DNA of 64,000 bases, from the IMG/VR virus record IMGVR_UViG_3300005393_000308. One strand, 5' to 3'. Under the pieces are notes generated by a model. The model did not search any database. It worked only from the letters and a program-made list of their open reading frames with translations, and was not told the origin of the DNA. Both the position numbers and the translations under genes were made by a program. Positions 54,393 through 63,035 of the stretch are shown here, one piece after another. Each line of letters begins with the position of its first letter. The first letter of the stretch is position 1. This stretch comes from a virus.

Positions 54393-55460
54393 CTACTTAA
54401 GCAGAATCCTGACTACACCCACGGCTCCAACATAGTCCCATCCCGGAGGGGTGCCGTACATATAGGATTTATAGGTTATACTTCCGGCGGTTGCGTCTGT
54501 GTAACCTTCAGGCAGTGTGATCGTCACCGAGCCATTCTTGTGGTCAATTGCCAGATTATCAGCAGCCACAGCCCTTCCACCGATGGCAACCCCAACAGAA
54601 CCGGGGATAACATTCTTGTAGCTCAGGTTGACAATGAGTTTGTCGCCTTCTGCTGAGCCAGCTGGAACGGTGAATGTTTCAGACCAGTTCGTACTCGCCC
54701 GTGCGCTGCCGTCGGTAAGTCCCTTAATACCCTTGGGGTTGAGCATATAGGGGTTGTGGTAGTGGTCGGTATCAATAGTGCCGTCCCGGTAGGCGGGTTC
54801 ATACGGGTAGCCGTTGTCGGTAGGAGTGGCGTTCTGAGCCCACGCCGGCTCAACCTTATCCTCGTTCCTGGCAGTCTCATCCCACATGACCCACTTGAAC
54901 CATCCCCACGGCTCCTGTTCGGCTTCAATGGCAATAACCTGTCCAACTATCTGGGCAATACCATTGCTTTCGGTCCATTTGGTCAGGTGACCTTTATTAC
55001 TGGAATCGCTGGATACGGTAACGATATCGCCTTCCTTCAGCTCCCCGTAGACAGCCCCGTACTTCACTGCGGCACAGTCGGCAGCGTTGGGGATATACGG
55101 CAGCTCAATGTAGGCATTGCGGATAAATGTGGGTTCATTCCCCACTAGCTGGTCGTTGTATTTCTTGCAGATGTTGTAAGGCGCAATACCAACATAGGGA
55201 TTGGCTCCCGTGGCAATGGTCAATACCGGCTTCTTCTTGCCGGTCTCGAAGTCCACCTGTGCCGGACCTACAGCCACGGCTAACCCTTTCGGTATGACTA
55301 CCTCCGTCATGCCGGGCCAGCCGAATGGATACTTGATGAGTATAGGCAAATCGGGATCCAGGAGAAAGGATTCAGGGAGCTGGTCGGTACCGGAGACAAT
55401 CAGTCTGGAATTGGCAGACCGGCTCTTGAGTTGATAATTCATTCCAGGTATCAAAGCCAT
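54393..55460 (-). CDS. Capsid decoration/minor head protein
   Basis: 355 aa between protease and capsid; VIPKGLAV, GIAPYN, LKEGDIV..KGHL. Confidence 0.55.
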   Translation of the reverse strand: MALIPGMNYQLKSRSANSRLIVSGTDQLPESFLLDPDLPILIKYPFGWPGMTEVVIPKGLAVAVGPAQVDFETGKKKPVLTIATGANPYVGIAPYNICKKYNDQLVGNEPTFIRNAYIELPYIPNAADCAAVKYGAVYGELKEGDIVTVSSDSSNKGHLTKWTESNGIAQIVGQVIAIEAEQEPWGWFKWVMWDETARNEDKVEPAWAQNATPTDNGYPYEPAYRDGTIDTDHYHNPYMLNPKGIKGLTDGSARASTNWSETFTVPAGSAEGDKLIVNLSYKNVIPGSVGVAIGGRAVAADNLAIDHKNGSVTITLPEGYTDATAGSITYKSYMYGTPPGWDYVGAVGVVRILLK

Positions 55461-55494
55461 ATCTTATTAATTCCTCCTTAAAAGCTGTAAACGT

Positions 55495-55675
55495 GTGACG
55501 ACTCCCGGGACTGAAGTCCGAGGCTTCTCGGTTCTTCTAACCTGCTACCGCAAGACTGTCCCTGAAGGCCCCGTCCAGGCCTGTTTTGATTCTTTACAGC
55601 AGCCAGTATTTTCAGCTTTGCTACTGTACGTTTTCATCCCCGGAATAAATTCCGAGGTTTTCCCGCGCCATATAT
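55495..55675 (-). mobile_element. 181-nt internally deleted TnpB-type IS200/IS605 element
   Basis: TTAT then GCGCGGGAAAACCTCGGAATTTATTCCGGGG; right end GAAGCCTCGGACTTCAGTCCCGGGAGTCGTCAC; intergenic. Confidence 0.8.
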
Positions 55676-55685
55676 ATAACAACGG

Positions 55686-56792
55686 TTAGCCGTTTTTGCT
55701 TCCAAACAGTCTCGACAGTGCATCTTCAAGATCTTTGATGGTATATTCCTTATTGCCGTCTTGGGTTGACTCGACGGGCTTTTCAACACTCCTGCCCTCG
55801 CCGCCGGGAATAGGAACACTTTCAGTCCTACGCTGCCCGACCTGCGCAGAAAGTTTAACAATCTCCTTGCGCAGTAAAGCCACATCGAATTCTTTGGCCT
55901 TTTGCTCGGCTTCCTCTCTGTTTTCAAATAAACCAAGGCTGGCAACCAAGTCGCAATAGTGCTCGACCATCTCCTGGTGGATAACCCTGGCCAGTTCGGC
56001 ATTCTGTTGAGCGAGCAGGTTATGTTTTTCCACGGCTGAATTTAGCTGGCTGGTCAGTTGAGCAAGGTTCTGCTTTAACGACTCAACTTCGGTTTTCAAT
56101 ATATCAAGCTCGGGCGATTCCTGTTTGGTATCTGGAGCTTCAGCCTGCGACTCCTGGCCGGTGTTGGTGTTCTCAGCGATATTGTCGCTGTTAAACGCGT
56201 CGACTATATCTTTAGCAAGTTTGTCCATCGCTTGATCATCTTTCCTTTCATCTTGCCTGTTTGGGTTCTCACGACTTATAGTACCCACACTTTCGCCAGT
56301 ACTGGATTCATCAGCACTAACCACCCTGGCATAGGGATCAGCGGGATGGTTGACAAAAGATACCTCGTAATGCTCGTCGATACCCAGATCCCAGTAACAT
56401 AATTTGCCGTCATATACCTTGCCCTTGCGGTGCTCGCAGTAATCGGTCGCCCAGTCGGTCTTGCATATGGAGCAGACAGCCCTATTTATTATCGTGCCGA
56501 CACTTACGGTGCTATAACGCCCGTCGGCTATCTTTTTCTGCGCTTCCTCATCTATAATCGAACATGTAAGTTCCACGCAGTAGGAGCCGCGCTTCAAATG
56601 GCTACGCCCAATGCTGGACTCAGTGACTCTGCCGAGCGGGTCACTGTAAATATTGTGGTTTACTATCACAGGTTTGCCGTACGGGCCTATCCATGTCTGA
56701 ATAGCCTTCTCCAGTTCTTCCCTGGAATAGCGGTTGAAGTTCTTGGTAATGCCGCTATGAATGGCCTCCATTTTAACGGTAAGAGACATCAA
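55686..56792 (-). CDS. Prohead protease with C-terminal scaffold-like coil
   Basis: 368 aa; KPVIVNHN..DPLGRV, YSTVSVG, EVSFVNHPAD; coiled-coil C-terminus. Confidence 0.85.
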   Translation of the reverse strand: MMSLTVKMEAIHSGITKNFNRYSREELEKAIQTWIGPYGKPVIVNHNIYSDPLGRVTESSIGRSHLKRGSYCVELTCSIIDEEAQKKIADGRYSTVSVGTIINRAVCSICKTDWATDYCEHRKGKVYDGKLCYWDLGIDEHYEVSFVNHPADPYARVVSADESSTGESVGTISRENPNRQDERKDDQAMDKLAKDIVDAFNSDNIAENTNTGQESQAEAPDTKQESPELDILKTEVESLKQNLAQLTSQLNSAVEKHNLLAQQNAELARVIHQEMVEHYCDLVASLGLFENREEAEQKAKEFDVALLRKEIVKLSAQVGQRRTESVPIPGGEGRSVEKPVESTQDGNKEYTIKDLEDALSRLFGSKNG

Positions 56793-58417
56793 GCTACCCT
56801 CCTTTTCGGAGCAAAAGTAGACAGTACTTTCTCCACAGCCACACGAGGACTCATATACTCGCCAATAACCAGCTTTTCTATTAGTTCTATATTAGCTGCC
56901 GCGGCCAACTCAACAGAATCAATACCAGGAGCATTAGTTAAACAGATCTCATAAGCGAGGCGGTAGGTCTCTACAAGCATGTCGCTCAATATGCCGGTAT
57001 CGGCATCCTCGGACTTACGTCCAGGTTTGCCTTTCGGTTTCGGTGTGTTCTGCGGCTGGTTGCGATTGACCACGTCGGCCGGCGACATTGAGACATTCTT
57101 GCCGGTCCCCTGGGCAATTGGTATTGTCACCAGGTTGTAGAACATCCTGGAGCGGTCGGAAATCGGGTCACGACCGAGCTCGGCACGCATCTCGTCCTCT
57201 GTAATGCAGTTGGTGATGTACTGGTAGATGATGTGGTTTTCGTGCTTAATCTTCATATCCAGATCTATCTCGCGGAAACGGAAATAGACCGCAGATTGCG
57301 GCTTGACAAATGGATCATAGCCACCCTCCATCAGGAGTTCCTTAATGATAAACTCATTGATAAAGGTCTCCATAACTCTCTGCATAGCCTTTACTGTCTC
57401 GCGCAGGTCGAAGTATTGAGACTCCGCAGTGGCACGGCTGGCCGAACCGCTACGGCCCATAACAGTTTCGGAGACGCCCAGGCCGGTGAATACCCGCTGT
57501 TCAAAGTAGCGAAGGTAATTGTTGGCATCGATCACCTGATCAAGCGCGATGGGCACTATCTTATGCCGCTCGGTAGTTACAAGACCAGCCTCGAGGTCCA
57601 TGTTTTCTATTTCACTCTTGGCCTGTTTTACCTCGTCATCGGTACCCCCATAGCCTTCCTTGTCAAGACCGACAATATGATGCAGGAGCGGGTAGAGGTT
57701 GCGGTAAATCAGCTTGAGGACGTTTTCCTCCACCTGGCGGAGAGCGTTTATATCCTCCATGACCGCGACAAGGTATGGGGTAGCAAAGACTTTATTCTTC
57801 TCCCGCTTGTAGTAGAAGTGAACCACATCATCTGGTTTTAACTCAAGCGGCTTACTGCTGTCAGGGAAGTTGACGCGCCAGCCGTAGACGTTGCCAGCAC
57901 TGTCGCGCTCTACCTCTATGTAGTTGACATTTACCGGGAAGTAACCCACCACAGGGTTCTTGCCGTTGACGCCGACAGCCTTAATGCCCTTGGGCCACTC
58001 GACATTCTTGCGCACCTTTATGACTATGCTGTTCTGGTACTTGACCAGGTCTTCGGCGATCTCTATCAACAGCTGGTTAGTGGGTATCTTCGTCATCTCG
58101 GCGATCAGGAAGAGGCGTTTCTTAATATAGTCCACAGAATTAGCATCATCGCCGATAAAATCCCACCCGGCCTTGAACATCAGTTCAATGTGCTTATCTA
58201 TAGCACGGCGTACAAAGGCTTCGTTGTTATAGAGAGAGTCGATGCTGGAGAGATCCACATCCGGCGGCTGGAACTGCCTGCTTGTGTTTGAACTGCCGCT
58301 GGGCACAACCTTAACAACGGCCTTTGTGTCTCTTTTTATACCTGGAGATTGCAATGCAGGCGCTTCCTGTGAGCGGACTACCCCCAGGATACGCTTGAAT
58401 ATATCTAAAAGACCCAC
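56789..58417 (-). CDS. Portal protein
   Basis: 542 aa; LYNNEAFVRRAIDK, KPDDVVHF, PYLVAVMEDI, DEMRAELG. Confidence 0.85.
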   Translation of the reverse strand: MGLLDIFKRILGVVRSQEAPALQSPGIKRDTKAVVKVVPSGSSNTSRQFQPPDVDLSSIDSLYNNEAFVRRAIDKHIELMFKAGWDFIGDDANSVDYIKKRLFLIAEMTKIPTNQLLIEIAEDLVKYQNSIVIKVRKNVEWPKGIKAVGVNGKNPVVGYFPVNVNYIEVERDSAGNVYGWRVNFPDSSKPLELKPDDVVHFYYKREKNKVFATPYLVAVMEDINALRQVEENVLKLIYRNLYPLLHHIVGLDKEGYGGTDDEVKQAKSEIENMDLEAGLVTTERHKIVPIALDQVIDANNYLRYFEQRVFTGLGVSETVMGRSGSASRATAESQYFDLRETVKAMQRVMETFINEFIIKELLMEGGYDPFVKPQSAVYFRFREIDLDMKIKHENHIIYQYITNCITEDEMRAELGRDPISDRSRMFYNLVTIPIAQGTGKNVSMSPADVVNRNQPQNTPKPKGKPGRKSEDADTGILSDMLVETYRLAYEICLTNAPGIDSVELAAAANIELIEKLVIGEYMSPRVAVEKVLSTFAPKRRVA

Positions 58418-58443
58418 TAAAAGTTACCCCCAGTTTAGGGTGT

Positions 58444-58770
58444 TTACTGCTTGCCAATATTAGCGGCCGCCTCTTGAATCAGTTTAGCCAGGTCATGCAC
58501 ATAGTTAGATCCACGGCTTATGGCAAACAACGCGATCAAATTAGCCAGCACATTGGCGGTTGTACTGTCGAAAATACGCAACGGAGCAGCCGCAACAAGT
58601 GCAGCCGATATCACCACGGCTATCACCTGTTTAGCATTCTCATTCATCTTTGCCTCCACGTCATCTGGCAAAGCCCTCTTTACACCTTCTGTAAGCGCTT
58701 CAACTACAACCGCAATCATCGCCAGCTGGCCAGCGTACGGCAGTAAAGCGGTAAAATCAAACATACACAT
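58444..58770 (-). CDS. Holin-like membrane protein
   Basis: 108 aa, three hydrophobic segments, ISRGSNYVHDL. Confidence 0.65.
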   Translation of the reverse strand: MCMFDFTALLPYAGQLAMIAVVVEALTEGVKRALPDDVEAKMNENAKQVIAVVISAALVAAAPLRIFDSTTANVLANLIALFAISRGSNYVHDLAKLIQEAAANIGKQ

Positions 58771-58795
58771 GCCTCCAAAATAAGTACATTAATGT

Positions 58796-58871
58796 TGGAG
58801 CCGCCAGCAGGACTCGAACCCGCAACCTTACCCTTACAAGAGGTCTGCTCTACCAGTTGAGCTATGGCGGC
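58796..58871 (-). tRNA. tRNA-Thr (anticodon TGT) with encoded CCA
   Basis: GCCGCCA/TGGCGGC acceptor, GCTC/GAGC D arm, CT-TGT-AA loop, GCGGG-TTCGAGT-CCTGC T arm; 76 nt. Confidence 0.93.
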
Positions 58872-58881
58872 GCTGGTATTA

Positions 58882-59523
58882 CTAACGGCCTAGCAATCTC
58901 AACAACCTATCCAAAACAACTGCCAGCTGTGCCCGCGTCACTGGATCCTCCGGCCGGAAGTTGCCGGCCTCATCCCCTTTTAAGAGGCTCAACTGGGCCA
59001 ACCTGTCAATAGATTCCTTGGCCCAGTGACTGTTTGGAACATCAGGGAACATTCCTGTAATTACCTCCTTGACTACATCGACCGGACCTTTACCGGCCTT
59101 GATTTCTTCCAGCGGATAATACCGCCCAGGACAGGCTGTGGCATTTAACTCTCTATGCCCTACGACACGCGCGCCCGGGTAAATCTGTTTAAGTTCCTCT
59201 ACCAATTCTAGAATTGCCTGCCACTGCTCTGGAGGCATTGATTCGTTTTCATAATCGCCCTCGGCGCAGATACCAACAGAGATGCTGTTATATCCCTGGC
59301 AGTGTGCGCCTATAGCCTCGCGCGGCCGGCCGCGGTAGATACTGCCGTTTTTACGGACGTAGTAATTGTAACCACAACCAGACCAACCGTTAGCAAGATG
59401 CCAGCGGTGGATATCCTCAACCGACGCCTGGGCCGCCTCAGCGTGGTGCAGGACAATATAGCTGGTTTTGGAACGATAACTCAGGGGCCCGTTAAATTTG
59501 AGGCCCACCTCGATTATCTGCAC
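58882..59523 (-). CDS. Endolysin: N-acetylmuramoyl-L-alanine amidase (Amidase_2) plus SLH domain
   Basis: Likely GTG start at 59523 after GAGGAGG; IVLHHAEA, GYNYY, GAHCQGYNSISVGIC, GHREL..CPG; FPDVPNSHWAK..FRPEDPVTRAQ. Confidence 0.9.
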   Translation of the reverse strand: MQIIEVGLKFNGPLSYRSKTSYIVLHHAEAAQASVEDIHRWHLANGWSGCGYNYYVRKNGSIYRGRPREAIGAHCQGYNSISVGICAEGDYENESMPPEQWQAILELVEELKQIYPGARVVGHRELNATACPGRYYPLEEIKAGKGPVDVVKEVITGMFPDVPNSHWAKESIDRLAQLSLLKGDEAGNFRPEDPVTRAQLAVVLDRLLRLLGR

Positions 59524-59869
59524 TTGCAGGCACCTCCTCGACAGATTCTCCTGCGACAGGTTGCTGACAATAGTAGTTATTGTACGGTATTTGCTCGGCT
59601 GGGCTGATATTGCTCCGCCTCGACCACGGTAGCGGCAGATAGCCGAGAGACTTGCCGCCAACAGCAATCAACAGCGGGTAGCTGACGACAAGAAAGAAGT
59701 CCACCTGGTTGCCGCTTAGTTCATTAGCCAAAGCAAGTTTGATAGCCACGTACATCCATATAGGGAGAACAACCACGACAACTACGTCTGCCAGGCTCCA
59801 GCCGTCCGCATCGTTCCACCACCCGCGCGCAGCAACAGACTTTATAGAAGCTGAAAACCTCTTCAGCAC
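59492..59869 (-). CDS. Two-TM membrane protein in the lysis cassette
   Basis: 125 aa, two hydrophobic helices. Confidence 0.55.
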   Translation of the reverse strand: MLKRFSASIKSVAARGWWNDADGWSLADVVVVVVLPIWMYVAIKLALANELSGNQVDFFLVVSYPLLIAVGGKSLGYLPLPWSRRSNISPAEQIPYNNYYCQQPVAGESVEEVPASADNRGGPQI

Positions 59870-59872
59870 TTA

Positions 59873-60127
59873 CTACTCACCACGCCTGGCTCGCTCCAAC
59901 AGTTCCTCCAGCATAGCCTGCTGGCGGGTAAGCGAAAGCTCCATTGCCCTGAGACAGTCTGTCAGCTTCTCAAGGGCAGCAGTATTGTTCTGAATTAACT
60001 CGTTCAGGTTGCGCTGCCCGGCAAACTGGCTGATAACGTAACCCACCAGACCTATCGCCAGAGCGGCAACGCCGTACTGGGCTAATTCGGTCAGCTGCAA
60101 ACACCACACCCCATTTCTGTTTGGCAA
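59873..60127 (-). CDS. BhlA/UviB-like holin
   Basis: One N-terminal TM helix then coiled coil LIQNNTAALEKL. Confidence 0.55.
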   Translation of the reverse strand: MPNRNGVWCLQLTELAQYGVAALAIGLVGYVISQFAGQRNLNELIQNNTAALEKLTDCLRAMELSLTRQQAMLEELLERARRGE

Positions 60128-60537
60128 TCAGCCGTCCTTTCTATTACTTGCAACTGGCTGCTGTGCGGCCGCAGGATATCTTTTATTACCTGGTAGGCAA
60201 CCCAGGCCTTGCCTTCGTAACCACAGGTAAATATGTCTACTGCAGCATAACCATACTCCGGCCATGTATGAACGGACAGGTGGCTCTCGGCCAAACCGAC
60301 CACTACGGTAGCGCCCGGATGGAGAGTACGGGCGACAACACCTATAACCTGCATGTTGGCCCTCTTGGCGGCCGCAAGAGCCACCTTCTGGAGCCATTCA
60401 TGTCCTTCGGGCAAATACTGACAGCGATTGAGATCTGCAACAATATGGGTACCCACCCGCTGCCGCACAACAAACCACCTCTTTTCTGTTTGATTATCCG
60501 GCCTTAAACAATGCGGCACTTGGCAATGCCGTAACAA
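60091..60537 (-). CDS. speD: S-adenosylmethionine decarboxylase proenzyme (pyruvoyl type)
   Basis: GTHIVADL, GATVVVGLAESHLSVHTWPEYGYAAVDIFTCG; true start probably near 60500. Confidence 0.9.
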   Translation of the reverse strand: MLRHCQVPHCLRPDNQTEKRWFVVRQRVGTHIVADLNRCQYLPEGHEWLQKVALAAAKRANMQVIGVVARTLHPGATVVVGLAESHLSVHTWPEYGYAAVDIFTCGYEGKAWVAYQVIKDILRPHSSQLQVIERTADCQTEMGCGVCS

Positions 60538-61426
60538 AACCAGCTCCGGTCGCTACATCTATACCAACGTCCGCCGCATCAACAGTCATGCACCTTATCA
60601 AAGCAGTCAGCTGGTCTGCTGTCGGCTTAACCTGGTTACGCCGGACGAACTTCTCAATCATACAGGCAGCAAATCCTGACACCCCAGGAGCGGCCATGCT
60701 TGTGCCGCTCATCATTACGTAACGCCCACCGGGATACGTGGAAATAATGTCAGCTCCCGGCGCCGCAACGTCGACAAGGTTATTTGTATCGGTGAAGTAA
60801 CAGGCGTTTAGTTTTAAGTCAACAGCGCCGACGGCCAGGGCTTTCTTGCAGCCTGCTGGATAGTCGATCTCTACGGTTTCCTTTTTGCCGTCGCCGGAGT
60901 TACCGGCCGCGCAGACTACCAGAATATCCCTGTCCGCAGCCAGGTTTACTACCTCTTCGAGTGCCACACTATACTCAGGACCGCCAAGGCTCATACTGAT
61001 GACACTTACGCGTTCGCCATTAGGGCCGATCCAGGCTATAGCATATTTGATAGCGTCGATGATACGGCCCATATCGCAACTGCCGTCAGCCCCAAACACC
61101 TTGAGGATAAGCAGTTTAGCGCCGTAGGCGCCACCCTTTATCCTGCCATTGGCCGCAATCGTGCCGGCTACATGTGTACCGTGGCCGTTATCGTCCGTCA
61201 CATCCTCGGCCGGGCGGCCGGGAACAAAGTTGTGCACGCCGATAATGTTACCTTTCAAGTCAGGATGGTTTATGTCGCAACCGGAATCAATTACGGCCAC
61301 CACTACGCCGCTGCCTGTGATTTCCGGCCAGAGGTAATTGAAGCCCATGCTCCTGATGTTGGGCAAAAGTTCTGGCGCCGGCGGTGCGCCGTTAAGCTCC
61401 TGCAGTTTGTAGTCGTAAAGATGCAT
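60494..61426 (-). CDS. S8 subtilisin-like serine protease, no signal peptide
   Basis: 310 aa; VIDSGCD, GHGTHVAG, AAGNSG, SGTSMAAP. Confidence 0.93.
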   Translation of the reverse strand: MHLYDYKLQELNGAPPAPELLPNIRSMGFNYLWPEITGSGVVVAVIDSGCDINHPDLKGNIIGVHNFVPGRPAEDVTDDNGHGTHVAGTIAANGRIKGGAYGAKLLILKVFGADGSCDMGRIIDAIKYAIAWIGPNGERVSVISMSLGGPEYSVALEEVVNLAADRDILVVCAAGNSGDGKKETVEIDYPAGCKKALAVGAVDLKLNACYFTDTNNLVDVAAPGADIISTYPGGRYVMMSGTSMAAPGVSGFAACMIEKFVRRNQVKPTADQLTALIRCMTVDAADVGIDVATGAGFVTALPSAALFKAG

Positions 61427-61449
61427 GCAATGACCTCCCGATGGAGATA

Positions 61450-61472
61450 GGCCGCACCGTGATGGTGCGGCC
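61450..61472 (-). terminator. Hairpin after the fibre-like gene
   Basis: GGCCGCACC-N5-GGTGCGGCC; no clear U-tract. Confidence 0.35.
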
Positions 61473-61508
61473 TGATGCGTTAACGTATATAGTTGAACTA
61501 TCTACAGG

Positions 61509-62936
61509 TTACTCGTTCTTGTAGTACCTGAAGATAACCTTGACACCGGCGGCCAGTTCTTCAGGCGCGAAGTCAACGCCAGTACCATTGGACAGCTCGG
61601 CATAGTTCACGCCGGCCTCCTGCAGGATACCGTCGACATACACGTCCAGGCTGTTGTTACCGGGCACGAACACCGGAGCGCCTTCGGGCAGGTTAACTAC
61701 AGAGGTAGGTGCGCTAACAGTCGTGACATACTTGTAGTGTACGTGCTTGCGAGCCGCAAGAGTACCTTCAACAGCAGTCAGGCGGCCGTCGAGCGCACTG
61801 TCCGCAGCCTGGCGGGCGCTGGCCTCGTTATCTATAGCGGTCTGCAGGCTAGCGGCCTGCGAGGTGATATTGGCATCAATGGCGTCCAGCCGGGCATCAA
61901 GATTTTCATAAGTGCCGCGGGCCGCGGTAATCTCGGCTTCTACCGCATCGAGCCTGGAGTCAAGTTCGCTGATGCTGGTAGTAGAACTCCCGCTCAAAGT
62001 GGCTATGTCATTTTTGAGTTCCAGCAGGGCGGCTTCCACTGTAGTAGCAGCAAATTTGCCGGCTGCATCCTCTATACCGATCATTGAAGCACCCTTGCCG
62101 GCAGTAACAGAAGCCAGGTCAGTGATCAGGTTGGTAATCGCCTGCTGGCGGGCAATGGCTTCAGAGTTAATATTGGACTGCAGAGTGCTCTCGGCGTTCT
62201 GAGCACGCGCCACCTCATTGGCGATCTGATCGACGAGAGAAGTGGCCAGGTTGGCATTGCCGTCACGGTCCAGGCTGTAGCCGGCGCCATAGATATCTTT
62301 GGCCAGCTGGACAATATTCAGGTGAGCGGTAACATCGGCAGAACCTTCTACGAACTTCTCATTTGCCGCAAATAGCTCGTCGATATCCGCCAGATTGAAC
62401 CTGCGGGCGTATTGAAAGTCAATGACCAGGTCGGCACCCGGCGCAAATGCGGTTTCAGTACCGTCATTGAGATAGAACAGTTTGAGTTTGAAGGCGTTGT
62501 TCTCAAATATTACCCGGCCGTATACTTCAGCATTATTGCCTGCCAGTACAGGCTCGCCGGTAGCAGCATTACGGATGGCAGCCTTATTCTTTGGGGCGTC
62601 GATGATCACGCCTTCGGTTTGAAGATCATTTGAGGCGGCCTGCGGGTCAGAACCCGGGATCTTGCCGATAGTAGTAAGATCAACCTCCGAACTGTTTGCA
62701 CTTACAGTTACGCCGTTGACCTGCACAAAATCCACCAGCTTGCGGGTCTGCAGCGCTTCATTGTAATGCGCTTCCCAGTTAATACCGAGTTTTGACTCCT
62801 GAATAGCCTCACCAATGTGCTCATTCTTAATAGCACCGAGTTTGATTTGGCTACCGCCAATTCTCATTAATGGCATACTGACATAACCTCCGTATATTGA
62901 TTGACTTTTAGAAGTACTTAAGGCGCTGTTAGACAA
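61509..62936 (-). CDS. Fibre/whisker-like virion protein (coiled coil plus C-terminal beta module)
   Basis: Likely start MPLMRIGGSQIK after GGAGG; EIxxARG..LDARLD heptads; GASMIGIED; LDVYVDGILQ. Confidence 0.6.
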   Translation of the reverse strand: MSNSALSTSKSQSIYGGYVSMPLMRIGGSQIKLGAIKNEHIGEAIQESKLGINWEAHYNEALQTRKLVDFVQVNGVTVSANSSEVDLTTIGKIPGSDPQAASNDLQTEGVIIDAPKNKAAIRNAATGEPVLAGNNAEVYGRVIFENNAFKLKLFYLNDGTETAFAPGADLVIDFQYARRFNLADIDELFAANEKFVEGSADVTAHLNIVQLAKDIYGAGYSLDRDGNANLATSLVDQIANEVARAQNAESTLQSNINSEAIARQQAITNLITDLASVTAGKGASMIGIEDAAGKFAATTVEAALLELKNDIATLSGSSTTSISELDSRLDAVEAEITAARGTYENLDARLDAIDANITSQAASLQTAIDNEASARQAADSALDGRLTAVEGTLAARKHVHYKYVTTVSAPTSVVNLPEGAPVFVPGNNSLDVYVDGILQEAGVNYAELSNGTGVDFAPEELAAGVKVIFRYYKNE

Positions 62937-62941
62937 CGAAA

Positions 62942-62972
62942 GGGGGCTTGCGGGTTATGAACCGCAAGCCCC
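62942..62972 (-). terminator. Intrinsic terminator-like hairpin
   Basis: GGGGCTTGCGG-N8-CCGCAAGCCCC then CTTTCG on the minus strand. Confidence 0.55.
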
Positions 62973-63035
62973 AATCTTGCTCTAGGCAGGATTTGCAATT
63001 GTCTTTCGTTATATATAGTATCTCTGGTTGCGCCA

